The notes below the pieces were generated by a model. It saw nothing but the letters and a program-made list of their open reading frames with translations. It was not told the origin of the DNA and did no database searches. The translations under genes and the position numbers were made by a program. A DNA stretch of 63,564 nucleotides, the filler included, from Octopus bimaculoides (lineage: Eukaryota), in the NCBI RefSeq assembly GCF_001194135.2. It is 6 parts of 6 records of this genome, joined end to end, with 100 filler letters (N's around TTAATTAATTAA, not from the genome) between each part and the next. Parts side by side here need not be neighbours in the genome. Positions count along the whole stretch, not along the records: positions 23,191 to 47,999 come from NC_069000.1; 5 more parts are not named here. One strand, written 5' to 3'. Numbering within the stretch: the stretch's first letter is position 1; each line of letters opens with the position of its first letter. Shown here one piece after another: positions 24,042 to 36,584 of this stretch.

Positions 24042-24397
24042 NNNNNNNNNNNNNNNNNNNNNNNNNNNNNNNNNNNNNNNNNNNNNNNNNNNNNNNNNNN
24101 NNNNNNNNNNNNNNNNNNNNNNNNNNNNNNNNNNNNNNNNNNNNNNNNNNNNNNNNNNNNNNNNNNNNNNNNNNNNNNNNNNNNNNNNNNNNNNNNNNNN
24201 NNNNNNNNNNNNNNNNNNNNNNNNNNNNNNNNNNNNNNNNNNNNNNNNNNNNNNNNNNNNNNNNNNNNNNNNNNNNNNNNNNNNNNNNNNNNNNNNNNNN
24301 NNNNNNNNNNNNNNNNNNNNNNNNNNNNNNNNNNNNNNNNNNNNNNNNNNNNNNNNNNNNNNNNNNNNNNNTATATGTATGTATGTATGAGCTTATG

Positions 24398-24482
<85 letters not shown>

Positions 24483-24500
24483 GCACACACACACACACAT

Positions 24501-24541
<41 letters not shown>

Positions 24542-24561
24542 TATACATATACATATATATA

Positions 24562-24840
24562 GTGAGAAGGCACATGGCCTAGAGTTCAGGTTGTTGCACT
24601 CACGATCGCAAGATCATGGCTTCAATTCCCAGATCAGGCAGTGCATTGAGTCCTTGAGCAAAACACTTCATTTCACATTGCTCTGCAATCCTTTCAGGAC
24701 CTGACGCATGGCACATTTGTGCACCTGTACAGACAATGTGAATTTGATAGACCAGGTGAGTTTATGTGCCACACAAACATTTGATCCCTATAAATAAATC
24801 ATGTGTGTGGTTGTTGAGCAAGCGATTGCAGAATCCTCAT
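24562..24840 (+). mobile_element. SINE family C-related, degenerate
   Basis: ATGGCCTAGAGTTCAGG head, GGCTTCAATTCCC B-box, TGAGCAAAACACTTCATTTCAC. Confidence 0.6.
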
Positions 24841-24874
24841 ACATTGTCTAATGACAAAGGAGTACATAATATAT

Positions 24875-25085
24875 TAGTTTCAAATTTTGGCACAAGGCCA
24901 GCAATTTCAGGGAAGGGGTAAGTTGATTACATCATCCCCAATGTTCAATTGTTACTTATGTTAACCGACCCCAAAGGATGAGAGGCTGAGTTGACCTCAG
25001 TGGAATTTGAACCTCCAGTATAAAGAAAGATGAAATGCTGCTAAGCATTTTGTCCAGGAAATGATAATGATTCTACCAGGTTGCC
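24875..25085 (-). mobile_element. SINE family A (tail A3)
   Basis: Tail, body and B-box complement. Confidence 0.8.
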
Positions 25086-25307
25086 ACCTTGGGAAAGACC
25101 CAAATATATTAGATACAAACTTACACATAATTCTTTCTCTCTATCCTCTCTCTTTTTATCCTATCGCCTTTCAACCGAGATCCATCTTCTGCCCATCCAT
25201 CCATCCATCCACCCATCCACTCTTCCATCCAATCATCCATTCATCTCTCCATTTCTTCCATCCATCCATCCATCCATCCATCCATCTAATAAGTGCACTG
25301 ATATATA

Positions 25308-25351
<44 letters not shown>

Positions 25352-25639
25352 GACACACACACACACACATATACTGACATATATGTATTGACTCACACAC
25401 TGACATACACTGACAAACGCATATCATCAATACAGACATGCTGACACATGCATTAACACACACATAGATACTGTGCTAATGTACTCTTACACAAACTCAC
25501 ACAAATGCACAAAGACATACACACACACACACACACATGCACAAACATGCATAAGACAAACAAGAGCGATTATTATGATTGAGAATATCAATTTTAACTA
25601 ATTAAATATTGAAATTATTTAGAGATATAAAGCATATTT

Positions 25640-27520
25640 ATTGTGTTGTGGTGGTGGTAGTGGTGGTGGTGGTAAGTGTAGGGACGGACGTGCATGTGGG
25701 GGTGGCATGAGTGTGAGTGTAAGTGTGAGTGTGAGGGGTGGGTGGAGGTTGAGAGTGGGAGTGTAAAAAAGAAAGAAGCAAAGATATAGAGAGAGTGGAA
25801 GGAGGCTTGAGTGGGAAAAGGAGTAGAGAAAGAGATGGAGTGAAGGAGGGAAAGTAAGAGTGGGAAGGGAGGAAGGAAGGAAGGAAGGAATGAAAAAGGT
25901 AAGAGTGGAACAATTTGGAGAAAAATTAGGAGTGAAAAGGAAGAGGATGGAGAGTAGTGTTAGGAGTGAGAGGGACGATGGTGGTGGTTAGAGGGATGGA
26001 TTGCGGTAGTGGGAGAGAGAAGGATGGGGTGATGGGAGAAGGAAAGTTTGTGTTGTCCTGAAAGAGAAGGATTGTGATGGTGGGAGAGATGGTTGGGGAA
26101 GGATTGTAGTTGTAGGAGGGAGAAGGAAGGATAGTGGAGGTGAGAGAAGGAAGGAAAGAGATGGTGGGAAAGAAAAAAAGGTTAGAAATGGTTGGGGAGG
26201 GACTGTAGTGGTGGGAGAGAGGGAAGGTTAGTGGGAGTAAGTGAAGGAAAGATAGTGGTGGTGAGACAGGAAAGGATAGTAAGTTGCCGTGCTCCCACGT
26301 CGCCTTTTGCTTGGCGTTGTGCCGCCGGGCACCGGAACACGTCTTCACGTGAAGCGGTGGATTAGTATGGGGCTGTAGTATTGGTGTCGGACTCGGCATC
26401 CAGGGCACCATTCCGGCCATTGCTGCTGTCACGGCGGGCACCCCACTTTGTGCTGGTGCGTGGTTGCGCCTTTGGCCAATGGGGATCGGCTTCAACACAC
26501 GTTCCATTGTGTCACCTACGCCGCGCCTTCCCGGTGCAGCGGAAAGTACTCATGGCAGATGCCACCAGGCCCATGCATGGCCTTTTCTTGTGTCGGTGCT
26601 CTGTGCCTTCCAGCACGGTTTCATATGGGGCACCTGGAGCATAGTGGGTGCGAACAACATGGCTCCACACCCGGGATGTCGTGGAGCAACATGGCTTTGT
26701 CGCATCGGTGTGCGTGGCCTGGCTCCTCCTTGTGTGGGGTTGGTTATTGCACTGTGACGCGCAACAGCCGTTCGGACAGCGGCGAATGGTTGACTTGGAA
26801 ATGGTAATGGTGGGAGAGAAGAAAGGTTAAAGATGGTTGGGGAAAGATTGTTGTAGTGAGAGAGAGAGGAAAAGATTGAGGAAGTAAGAAAAAGAAGGAT
26901 AGAGGTGTGAGAAAGAAGAATAGGGGAGAATGCAAAAGGTAAGGATAGGAAGGTGAAGAGAGAAATATAATGGTGGTGGGAGGGAGTGGGAAGAATAGCA
27001 GTGGTGAAAAGGGTATGAGTAGTAGTGGCAAGAGAGAGGAAGGTGGAGAAAGGGAAGATAAAATAGAAGGATATTAGATGTGGGAGAGGTTGAATGATAG
27101 AGCTAAGGTTAGGCTGAAGGACAGATGGGAATAATAGAGAGAAGGATACAAAAGAAAGGATAGAAAAAATGTAGAGTAAAAGTAGAGGAGATAAAGAAGG
27201 ATAGGGGATGAGGGATTAAAAAATAGAGTCAAGAAAGAATAAAGAAAAGGATACAGAGAAGGATAAGGGAATCAAGTGTGAGTGAAGAATAATAGAAGGA
27301 TAAAAGGGAGGATACAAGAGAAGAATAAACTGCAAGGTAGAGGTGGAAGAATAGAGCAAAGACCAGGGAAAGATAGCAGAGGAGTTAGAAGGAAGGATAA
27401 AAAAGGTAGGAGGAAGTATAGAGGAAAGGTTAAAAGTGGAAAGGCTGAGGCAAGCATAAAGAAGATACCAGGTAGGATAAAGACAAAGATACAAGAAAGG
27501 ATGCAAGCAAGAGATACAGA
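25640..27520. repeat. Purine-rich low-complexity tract enclosing a GC-rich unique island (26282-26790)
   Basis: Strong G/A bias on + strand; abrupt composition change at the island edges. Confidence 0.7.
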
Positions 27521-27728
27521 CAGGAAAGGAAAGACGAAGGAGTAACAGAAAGGAAAGGAAAGACGAAGGAGCAACAGAAAGGAAAGGAAAGACGAAGGAG
27601 TAACAGAAAGGAAAGGAAAGACGAAGGAGCAACAGAAAGGAAAGGAAAGACGAAGGAGCAACAGAAAGGAAAGGAAAAACAAAGGAGCAACAGAAAGGAA
27701 AGGAAAGACGAAGGAGCAACAGAAAGGA
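27519..27728. repeat. 29-bp minisatellite, ~7 copies (GAAAGGAAAGGAAAGACGAAGGAGYAACA)
   Basis: Direct repeat units. Confidence 0.9.
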
Positions 27729-27959
27729 TAGAGGTGAAGATGGAAAGTGAAAACATTGAGAAATACTTAATTTACAAAATCAACTGTAACAACAACAGAC
27801 AAAAACAATAGCAATAAAAAGCATAAGAAACACCATCAAACAACGTAAACAACAAACAAACAATAACATCATAACCACAACAAAAACAACAACAACAATC
27901 ACTTTACTGTGGAAGTTCTTGACAAGTGGAATTTAATTTACATGGAGTATTTTATGAAG

Positions 27960-29044
27960 TGGAAATGTTGTTGTTGTTGTTAGTGGTGTTGATGGTGGGG
28001 ATGAAGGGAGTGGTGATCATGGTAGAAGAGGTGTTAGTGATGACGGTTGCGGTTATAGTGGTTGTGGTGATAGTACTTGTATTAGCTTGTATGGTCGGTA
28101 ATAGTGGTGGTAGTGGTGTTGATGATGCTGGTAGGGATGATAATAACCATATTGCTGATAGTGGTAACTGTTGTAGTGGTAGTGGTGGTAGTGACTGTTG
28201 TGATAGTGATGGTAGTGGTTGTGGTAGTGGTGATGGTGGTAGTGTTGGTGTTGGTGGTTAGGGCTGTTGTTGTTGGGGTGGTAGTAATGACTGTTGCTGC
28301 TGCTGTGGTGGTGTTTTGTAGTAGTGGCTGTTGTGATGGTGGTGGTTGTGGTGGTAGTAGAGATAGCAGTGTATGACTGCTGTATACTAGTGAAGAGCTA
28401 GTGTTAGCTGTATGGGTTGCAGCAGCAACAGTTGTAGTAGTGTGGTACTGGTGATAGTGTGGTGGTATGGATGCTAGTAGTCTAGATGATAGTGATGATA
28501 GTGGTGGTGGTCGAGTAGTGGTGGCGGTGGTAGTGGTAGGGCCGGTTGTGGTGGTGGAGTAGTGGTAGTTGTGGTAGTAGTGGTGGTGGTAGTGGTGGTA
28601 GTGGTGGTGGTGGTAGTAGTGGTGGTGGTAGTAGTGATGATGGTGGTGGTGATGATGGTAGTGGTGGTTGTGGTAGTGGTTGTGGTGGCGGTAGTGGTGG
28701 TGGTGGTTGTGGTGGTGGTAGTTTTCTGTAAAGGTGGGGGAACACTGTGTTATCTGTTCAATTGGTTGTCATGACATTATGCAAATGAAATTGGATTATT
28801 TGTGAAGGGAGCTTGATTTTGTTGTGTTGTTGTGGTTGTTGTTGTTCATGTTGCTGTTGATGCTGCTGCTGCTGCTATTACTGATGTTTATTGTTTATGC
28901 TGCTGTTGAGGATGTTATTTTCTTTTTGATGTTATTGTTAATATTTTTGTTGTTATTGTTGCTCTTGCTTTTGATGATATATTTAAAGGAGTAAGGGCTT
29001 CCAAGTGTCGGTCGCAAGAGGAGGTGGTGGTGGTGGTGGTGGTG

Positions 29045-29082
<38 letters not shown>

Positions 29083-29124
29083 GCTGCTGCTGCTACTGTG
29101 CTGCTGTTGCTGCTCCTACCACTG

Positions 29125-29171
<47 letters not shown>

Positions 29172-29212
29172 GCTACTGCTGTTGCTGCTGCTGCTACTAC
29201 CTCTACTACTAT

Positions 29213-29262
<50 letters not shown>

Positions 29263-29320
29263 GTGCTGCTGCTGCTAATGCTGCTTCTACTACTACTACT
29301 ACCACCTCTACTACTACTAT
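27960..29320. repeat. Compound trinucleotide repeats (GTG/GTA/GAT/GTT, then CTA/CTG)
   Basis: Explains the poly-V/L/S/G/P ORFs. Confidence 0.9.
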
Positions 29321-30021
29321 TTATATGATACACAATTACATGCTTGCATACTTTTGCTGCAGACATGCATATCCATGTACGCATGTGCATGTTTACTGAT
29401 GTAAATCTGCTGCACTCACATACATGTAAACACAGACAATCATGCAACATGTGCACTATTACATGTGCACATGCATACATACATATATACATATATATAT
29501 ACATACATACATATACGTAAGTATGTATATATGCATACATGTAGTCAACCATGCGTACTTTACCAAGCATAATTTTCCTTCATTCAAACACCTACATGGT
29601 TGCAAACATGTATACATGTGCACACACACACACACACACATGCATGTATACATGTTTGCATAGATGCATCTCATACACATTAATATGAAACTGATGGGAT
29701 AATTATATCGGTGTGAGATATTAGATATCCCAGATAGTTTCATATTAATTATGGTTAGATTATTAATTAGTTAGTAATTGGATATTAATGAGATATTAAA
29801 TATCAATCATTCCCAGTTGAATAACAGTGATGTCATGTGACTACAGATTGGATATTAGACAATGAGATATTAGTTATATCAATCATGATAACATGATGTA
29901 TGGATAATGGATATTGAAAAATGAGATATGCCCTGGATATTAGATAACATATAAATCTGTTAAATATATTAGTTTGCATATGATATATAAGATAGTGAAT
30001 ATGCCATATATATATGTGTGT

Positions 30022-30052
<31 letters not shown>

Positions 30053-30752
30053 NNNNNNNNNNNNNNNNNNNNNNNNNNNNNNNNNNNNNNNNNNNNNNNN
30101 NNNNNNNNNNNNNNNNNNNNNNNNNNNNNNNNNNNNNNNNNNNNNNNNNNNNNNNNNNNNNNNNNNNNNNNNNNNNNNNNNNNNNNNNNNNNNNNNNNNN
30201 NNNNNNNNNNNNNNNNNNNNNNNNNNNNNNNNNNNNNNNNNNNNNNNNNNNNNNNNNNNNNNNNNNNNNNNNNNNNNNNNNNNNNNNNNNNNNNNNNNNN
30301 NNNNNNNNNNNNNNNNNNNNNNNNNNNNNNNNNNNNNNNNNNNNNNNNNNNNNNNNNNNNNNNNNNNNNNNNNNNNNNNNNNNNNNNNNNNNNNNNNNNN
30401 NNNNNNNNNNNNNNNNNNNNNNNNNNNNNNNNNNNNNNNNNNNNNNNNNNNNNNNNNNNNNNNNNNNNNNNNNNNNNNNNNNNNNNNNNNNNNNNNNNNN
30501 NNNNNNNNNNNNNNNNNNNNNNNNNNNNNNNNNNNNNNNNNNNNNNNNNNNNNNNNNNNNNNNNNNNNNNNNNNNNNNNNNNNNNNNNNNNNNNNNNNNN
30601 NNNNNNNNNNNNNNNNNNNNNNNNNNNNNNNNNNNNNNNNNNNNNNNNNNNNNNNNNNNNNNNNNNNNNNNNNNNNNNNNNNNNNNNNNNNNNNNNNNNN
30701 NNNNNNNNNNNNNNNNNNNNNNNNNNNNNNNNNNNNNNNNNNNNNNNNNNNN

Positions 30753-30803
<51 letters not shown>

Positions 30804-30834
30804 TAGATAGATATATGTGTTTGTGTGTGTGTGT

Positions 30835-31150
30835 TATGTGGCTTAGTGGTTAGAGTATTTGTTTCACTATTGTCAGATCGTGAGTTCGATTCCTGGCCGC
30901 ATGTTGTGTGTTTGAGTAAGGCTCTTTATTTCACATTGCCCCAGTTCACCCAGCTGGCAAAAATGAATAGTATTTGTATGTCAAAGGGCTGACCTTGTCA
31001 CATTCTGTGTCACACTGAATCACCCTGAGAACTTTGTTAAAAGTGTATGCATGTCTGTAGAGTACTCAATCGCTTGGACAATAATTTCATGGTCAGAGTG
31101 TTCTGTTGATCAGATCAACTGGAACCCTTGTCACCATAACTGACCAAGTG
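30835..31150 (+). mobile_element. SINE family C
   Basis: GTGGCTTAGTGGTTAGAG, GAGTTCGATTCC, CCTTGTCACATTCTGTGTCAC, GATCAACTGGAACCC. Confidence 0.82.
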
Positions 31151-31595
31151 CCAGTTTATACATGTATATACATATATACTCATGCACACACATACACCCA
31201 GAGATGCACACACACACACCGTGCTTGAGAAGACCTTTGAAGCTAAGTGAAACCGGCACCTATGTTGGTGGCAGGTAAAAGCACCCTTTGATCATTGGGC
31301 CTCATGGAGGCAGTGACAAGTGACCGAGACCTTTGGTGATATACCGTGCTTGAGAAAACCTGTCAATCTAGGTGAGATCATAGTCATGGCTGATGCCAGT
31401 GTTATGTAACTGGCACCCATGCCAATGGCATGTAAAAAGCGCCATTCAAACATTGGGCCTCTTGATGGAGGCAGTGACAGGTGACTGATCCCTTTGGTAA
31501 TATACTTTTCTACTCTAGGCACAAGGCCTGAAATTTTTGGGGAGAGGGCTAATCAATAAGAGCGACCCTTTGGCAATATACTGTGCATATATATT

Positions 31596-31830
31596 AAGGC
31601 TGTGAGCTGGCAGAAATGTTAGTACACCGGGCAAAATGCTTAGCAGTATTTTGTCTGCCGTTACGTTCTGAGTTCAAATACCACCGAGGTTGACTTTGCC
31701 TTTCATCCTTTCGGGGTCGATAAATTAAGTACCAGTTACATACTGGGGTCAATGTAATCGATTTAATCCCCTTGTCTGTCCTTGTTTGTCCCCTCTATGT
31801 TTAGCCCCTTGTGGGCAATAAAGAAATAAG
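31596..31830 (+). mobile_element. SINE family A full length (tail A1)
   Basis: AAGGCTGTGAGCTGGCAG...GGGCAATAAAGAAATAAG. Confidence 0.9.
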
Positions 31831-32028
31831 AAATGTTAGCACGCCGGGCAAAATGCTTAGCGGTATTTCATCTGTCTTTATGTTCTGAGTTCGAATTCTG
31901 CCGAGGTCAACTTTGCCTTTCATCCTTTCAAAGTCAATAAAGTAAGTACCAGTTGCGTACTGGGTTCGATCTAACCAACTGGCCCCCTCCCCCAAAATTT
32001 CAGGCCTTGTGCTTAGAGTAGAAAAGAA
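31831..32028 (+). mobile_element. SINE family A (tail A2), head-truncated second monomer
   Basis: Starts AAATGTTAGCACG; ends GTAGAAAAG. Confidence 0.88.
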
Positions 32029-32844
32029 TATACTGTGCATGTGTAGACCTGTCAAGCCAAGTGAGATCGTTGTTGTGATAAATGCTGGTGTTACATAACT
32101 GGAACCTGTCCAGGTGGCATGTAAAAAGCACCCACTACACTCTTGGAATGGTTGGCATTAGGAAGGGCATCCAACTGTAGAAGCCATATCAAATCAGATT
32201 GGAACATGGTGTAGCTCCACAGCTTACCAGTTTTCAGTCAAACCGTCCAATCCATACCAGCATGGAAAACAGACGTTAAATGACAATGATGAATAGTCAG
32301 GCATCATCAATGATGTAAGTTGTATATCAGTTAGATTTCATAACTGTATGGATATTATTCCTGTGGGACAGGAGTGTTCATTATAAATTAGAAAACAGAC
32401 TCTTTGAGGCAATAATAATTATTGCTACAAAGAAGTTTTGGTTTGAGCACCACTGCAGTCCATATTTATGAGATGTTGACAAGTGAATTTTCAATCTATT
32501 TTTGGAGATGATGATCAAGTGTTGTAAAAATATATCCTGGCGTGTACTGTTGTTAATTAATTTATTACATTTGTTCTTGTTTCTCATCGTCACCACCACC
32601 ACCACCGCCACCGCCACCGCCACCGTCATCATCATCGTCATCGTCATCGTCATTGTCACCACCACTACCACTACCACCACCACCACCACCACCACCACCG
32701 CTGCTGCTGCTGCTGCTACTACCATCATCATCATCATTGCCACCATTACCACTACCACTACCACTACCACTACCGCTACCACCACCACTGCCCCCTTCCC
32801 CATCATCATCATCATAATCTCATGACCACTATCATCATCACTAT

Positions 32845-32988
32845 CATTATTATTACATCTAACATACTCAGCTTGTTGCTGGAAGTGTCATTAATGTTCC
32901 AGCTGTCCGATTCCCATGAACTAAAGTGGTACGTTCTTTTCAAGTCCCGAGAACTTTGTGGAGACTCCTTGCACTGCCAAGTAATTCT
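32845..32988 (-). mobile_element. Extreme 3' end of an R4/Dong-like LINE within (AAT)n
   Basis: LLGSARSLHKVLGT* resembles the LLGTARILRKVL C-terminus; flanked by AAT-type repeats. Confidence 0.45.
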
Positions 32989-32996
32989 ATTATTAC

Positions 32997-33042
<46 letters not shown>

Positions 33043-33479
33043 GTTATTGTTGTTGTTGTTGTTGTTGCTGTTGATGTTGTTGTTGTTGTTGTTGTTGCTG
33101 TTGTTATCACAGACTGATATATGCTGCCTGCCAGCAATTTTGCTGAATAGTGGGTGAATATGGCAAGTGCAGTCTGAGAAGAATGGTCTTATTCTCACTA
33201 TGTGCCTACAGGATGGAAAGCACTGCAGAGAGTGAGTGAGAGAGAGAGAAAGAGAGAGATAGCTCTTGCCCCTAGCTATAACAGTAATTCAGCAGTAATT
33301 CAGGTTCCCTGATTGAGCCCAGGTGGTTGTCCCCCATTGTTAAAATCTCTCATTAGGTCCCTTTTGAATATCATTAGTTTTCCATGCCTGATTTTGTTTT
33401 CCATAATTGATTTTGCCTAAATGCCCTCTATTCGGATAATTTATACTTAAAATATCCTGTTTTCCGTTGCAAAGTAGAA

Positions 33480-33870
33480 GTGTTGAACAAAATACTTGGT
33501 AGCATATCTTCTGGATCTTTATGATCTGAGTTCAAATCCTGCTGAGGTCAACTTGGTCTTTCACCCTTCTGGAGTTGACGTAATCGACTAAACCCCTCCG
33601 TCAAAAATTGCTGAGCTTATGCCAAAATTTGAAATAATTATTATTAATATTATTATTGCTGGCAGAATCATTAGTGTGTCAGTTAAAATGCTAAGCACCG
33701 AATCTTCTGTGTTTTTTTATGTTCTAAGTTCGAATTCTGCAGAGGTCAGCTTTGCATTTCATCCTTCAGGAATCGATAAAATAAAATACCAGTCATGTCC
33801 TTGAGTTGATGAAATTGACTAATTCTCTCCCTCTAAAATTGCTGTCCTTGTGCCAAAATTTGAAACAAGT
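33480..33870 (+). mobile_element. Two degenerate SINE family A copies (tail A3)
   Basis: GAGTTCAAATCC / AAGTTCGAATTC B-boxes; GCCAAAATTTGAAA tails. Confidence 0.75.
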
Positions 33871-34171
33871 TGGAAGGATGAAATATACCTGTGATTAAAT
33901 ATGGGTGCAGCAGAAAGGTTGCCCCAATTTCGATGGTTAATAAAAAGCAAACACATGAAGATACAAGAAAAAAATGATGCTCTCCACTCCAGGCCACGGT
34001 GGGTACTATCTAAAACAGAAAAAAATGTGGCATTTAATGAACTTCATAGAAATACAAAGTTTTTTCATACGTCTTCATGTGTTTGTTTTTTATTAACCTT
34101 TGAAATTGGGGCAACCTTTCTGCCACACCCTGTATTTGTGCATCATTAAATGGGCAAAAAAACAACAACAC

Positions 34172-34583
34172 AGTGGCTGTGTGGTAAGTAGCTTGCTTAC
34201 CAACCACATGGTTCCGGGTTCATTCCCACTGTGTGGTACCTTGGGCAAGTGTCATCTACTATAGCCTCGGGCTGACCAAAGCCTTGTGAGTGGATTTGGT
34301 AGATGGAAACTGAAAGAAGCCCGTCGTATATATGTATATATACATGTGTGTGTGTATGTTTGTGTGTCTGTGTTTGTCCCTTGAAAATTGCTTGACAACC
34401 GATGCTGGTGTGTTTACGTCCCCGTAACTTAGCGGTTCGGCGAAAGAGGCCGATAGAATAAGTACTAGGCTTCCAAAGAATTAGTCCTGGGGTCAATTTG
34501 CTCGACTAAAGGCGGTGCTCCAGCATGGCCGCAGTCAAATGACTGAAACATGTAAAAGAGAAAAGAGAAAAGAGAAAGAGAAA
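34172..34583 (+). mobile_element. SINE family B full length
   Basis: Head, internal TA/TG tract, (AAAAGAG)n tail. Confidence 0.92.
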
Positions 34584-34775
34584 GACATTGGGTATAGTGA
34601 ATGAAGATCAATAGCTAGTTGTGACTATTGTGTCACAGTATAGATAGTACTTTGTCAAAATGGACTTGCCAGAAGGCCACAGAACCATATTGGAACTATG
34701 CCCAGTGGAAAGTACTGAGAAAGAGAGCATGAGGTTGGTCAGAGTAAAACATACTTCAGAGTTGAAAATCTAGAA

Positions 34776-35060
34776 CAGGGGTTTTCAAACTGTGGTCCGC
34801 GGACCACAAGGGGTCCGCAAGGACAAGACAGGGAGTCCGTGGAAAGCTAAGACAGGGGTCCGTGCAAAGCCAAGTAAACACATCCTTCTCACTAAGTATG
34901 TATTAAAAAAATCCTGTGTGTATAATTGACAATAAACCTATTTGTTAAATACTGTTAAATAAATGTTATTTTAAGCAAATATTTATGTATAAATTTCATA
35001 AGCATTTGTAAAGCCTGAAAGGTAAAGGGGTCCGCAAGTCAAAAAGTTTGAAACCCCCTG
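34776..35060. mobile_element. hAT/Charlie MITE (second family)
   Basis: TIRs CAGGGGTTTTCAAAC / GTTTGAAACCCCCTG; perfect TSD ATCTAGAA. Confidence 0.92.
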
Positions 35061-35207
35061 ATCTAGAAGAACTGAGAAGACTAAGTAAAAACAAAGAAAG
35101 CAAAATGATGAAAATTAACATCAGAAAAATCAACATCAACAACAGGTCCCAGTTTCCAGAGCACCAGCAACCATAATTCTGGGGATAACAAAGAAAGTAT
35201 CTTTAAG

Positions 35208-35800
35208 TTAGGAAACTAGTCTGTTATAAATCCATGTTCAAGATAGAAGCAGTATATGAACCAAAGGTAGTGTTTATCCTCATTTTAATGTGGGTGTTCA
35301 CTAAAAGACAACGATACTGCAACTTTAACCCCAGGAAGACATCTCCAGCTGGTTTATTTAGTGTGCTTTCCGCACTCAATATTTATTGCAAGTGGGAGAT
35401 AACTCCTGCCATCCGAGCAATAAATATCGAGATTTTCTAATGGACTAGTTTCCTAATTACAAAATCAGTGGTTGTATGACACTGTATTTTCTGTATCTTG
35501 CAAGCGAGGTTAAATTACTGCCATGCTTAGCAAATGAGTGCCCCCCACTGAAGAGATCCAATAAGATTGAAATTATGGGGTGTAGTGGTCTCAAAGCTAG
35601 GATGGCAGGAGTTATCACCCACTTGCAATAAATATTGTGTGCAGAAAGAGCACTGAATAAAACCAGCTGGATGATATGTATTCTTGGGGTTAAAATTGCA
35701 GTATCGTTGTCTATTACAGGACACCCACGTTAAAGTGAAGATAAACACTACATTATCTTTAGGCTTATTATCATAAATAAATAAGCAAGTTTCTCTTCTA
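35208..35800. mobile_element. Head-to-head pair of retrozyme-like units (partial minus copy plus ~355-nt plus copy)
   Basis: 35264-35415 is the reverse complement of ~35600-35752; HHR at 35543; body homologous to the units at 5138, 23673 and 39847. Confidence 0.7.
35543..35580 (+). ncRNA. Minimal type I hammerhead ribozyme
   Basis: CCCCA-CUGAAGA-GAUC(CAAUAA)GAUU-GAAA-UUA^UGGGG; canonical core, stem I 5 bp, stem II 4 bp with 1 GU. Confidence 0.8.
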
Positions 35801-36584
35801 ACAGCAACAACATGTAGTATCATACTTTCATCGTGTTACAAAGGAGAAATAATTACAGACGAAAATTCCCAAATACTTGGTGAAATTACAAAGGGAAAAA
35901 AGAGAGAAAAAAACCTCAGAGAATGAAGACTCAATATTAAACAATGAAAAATGATGAGAAAACCTGGCCAGTCTTACACTGCCATTAGGTCAAATGTGAA
36001 ACCATCTAACAATCTTTTTAACCTCCACAGCTACATCGGTATCCAAAGACTGATGTATCTCTACCTATTCTTTTGACATATTTTTCACTTATAGATTTCG
36101 GTATCTATTGGCAACAGGATATGCTTCAAAACTGCCTTCTATTTGATTAAGCTTTTGTTTTCTTTTTCTTTTTTTTTTATCTATTCCTCAGGAATTCATT
36201 TTACAAATAGACAGGCTGGTAAGCAGACAGATGTTTGTCAGGAAAACATCAATCAAAACTAGCTAGCCTATGTATATAGTGCAACTGCTCTGAAGCTCCA
36301 AGACCTCTCAAGCTTCTGTCAATAATTTCAAGATTCTAGTCACCTACAATGCGCTACTAATGGAAATAGTCTTGATACTGTGGTGAATATGTTTTCACAT
36401 AAAAGGCATATCTATCATAAGTAATACTTGGTTGTTTTTATTTTACTCAATTTAGTAATTAGGTTTGGCCAAATGATTAAGATGCTTGTTGCACAGCCAT
36501 AAATTTTTGGGTTCCACTCCACAACGTTAAGTATAGGGAAAGTACGAGCTTCTATGATCTTTGGTTGTTGAGTCTCAAGGAGGT

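Larger units (their letters stand above)
31220..32293 (+). mobile_element. Family D retroposon with ~120-bp internal repeats and nested SINEs
   Basis: Repeated CCGTGCTTGAGAA...GGAGGCAGTGACA...CCTTTGG units, then the conserved 3' end and GAT-like tail. Confidence 0.75.
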
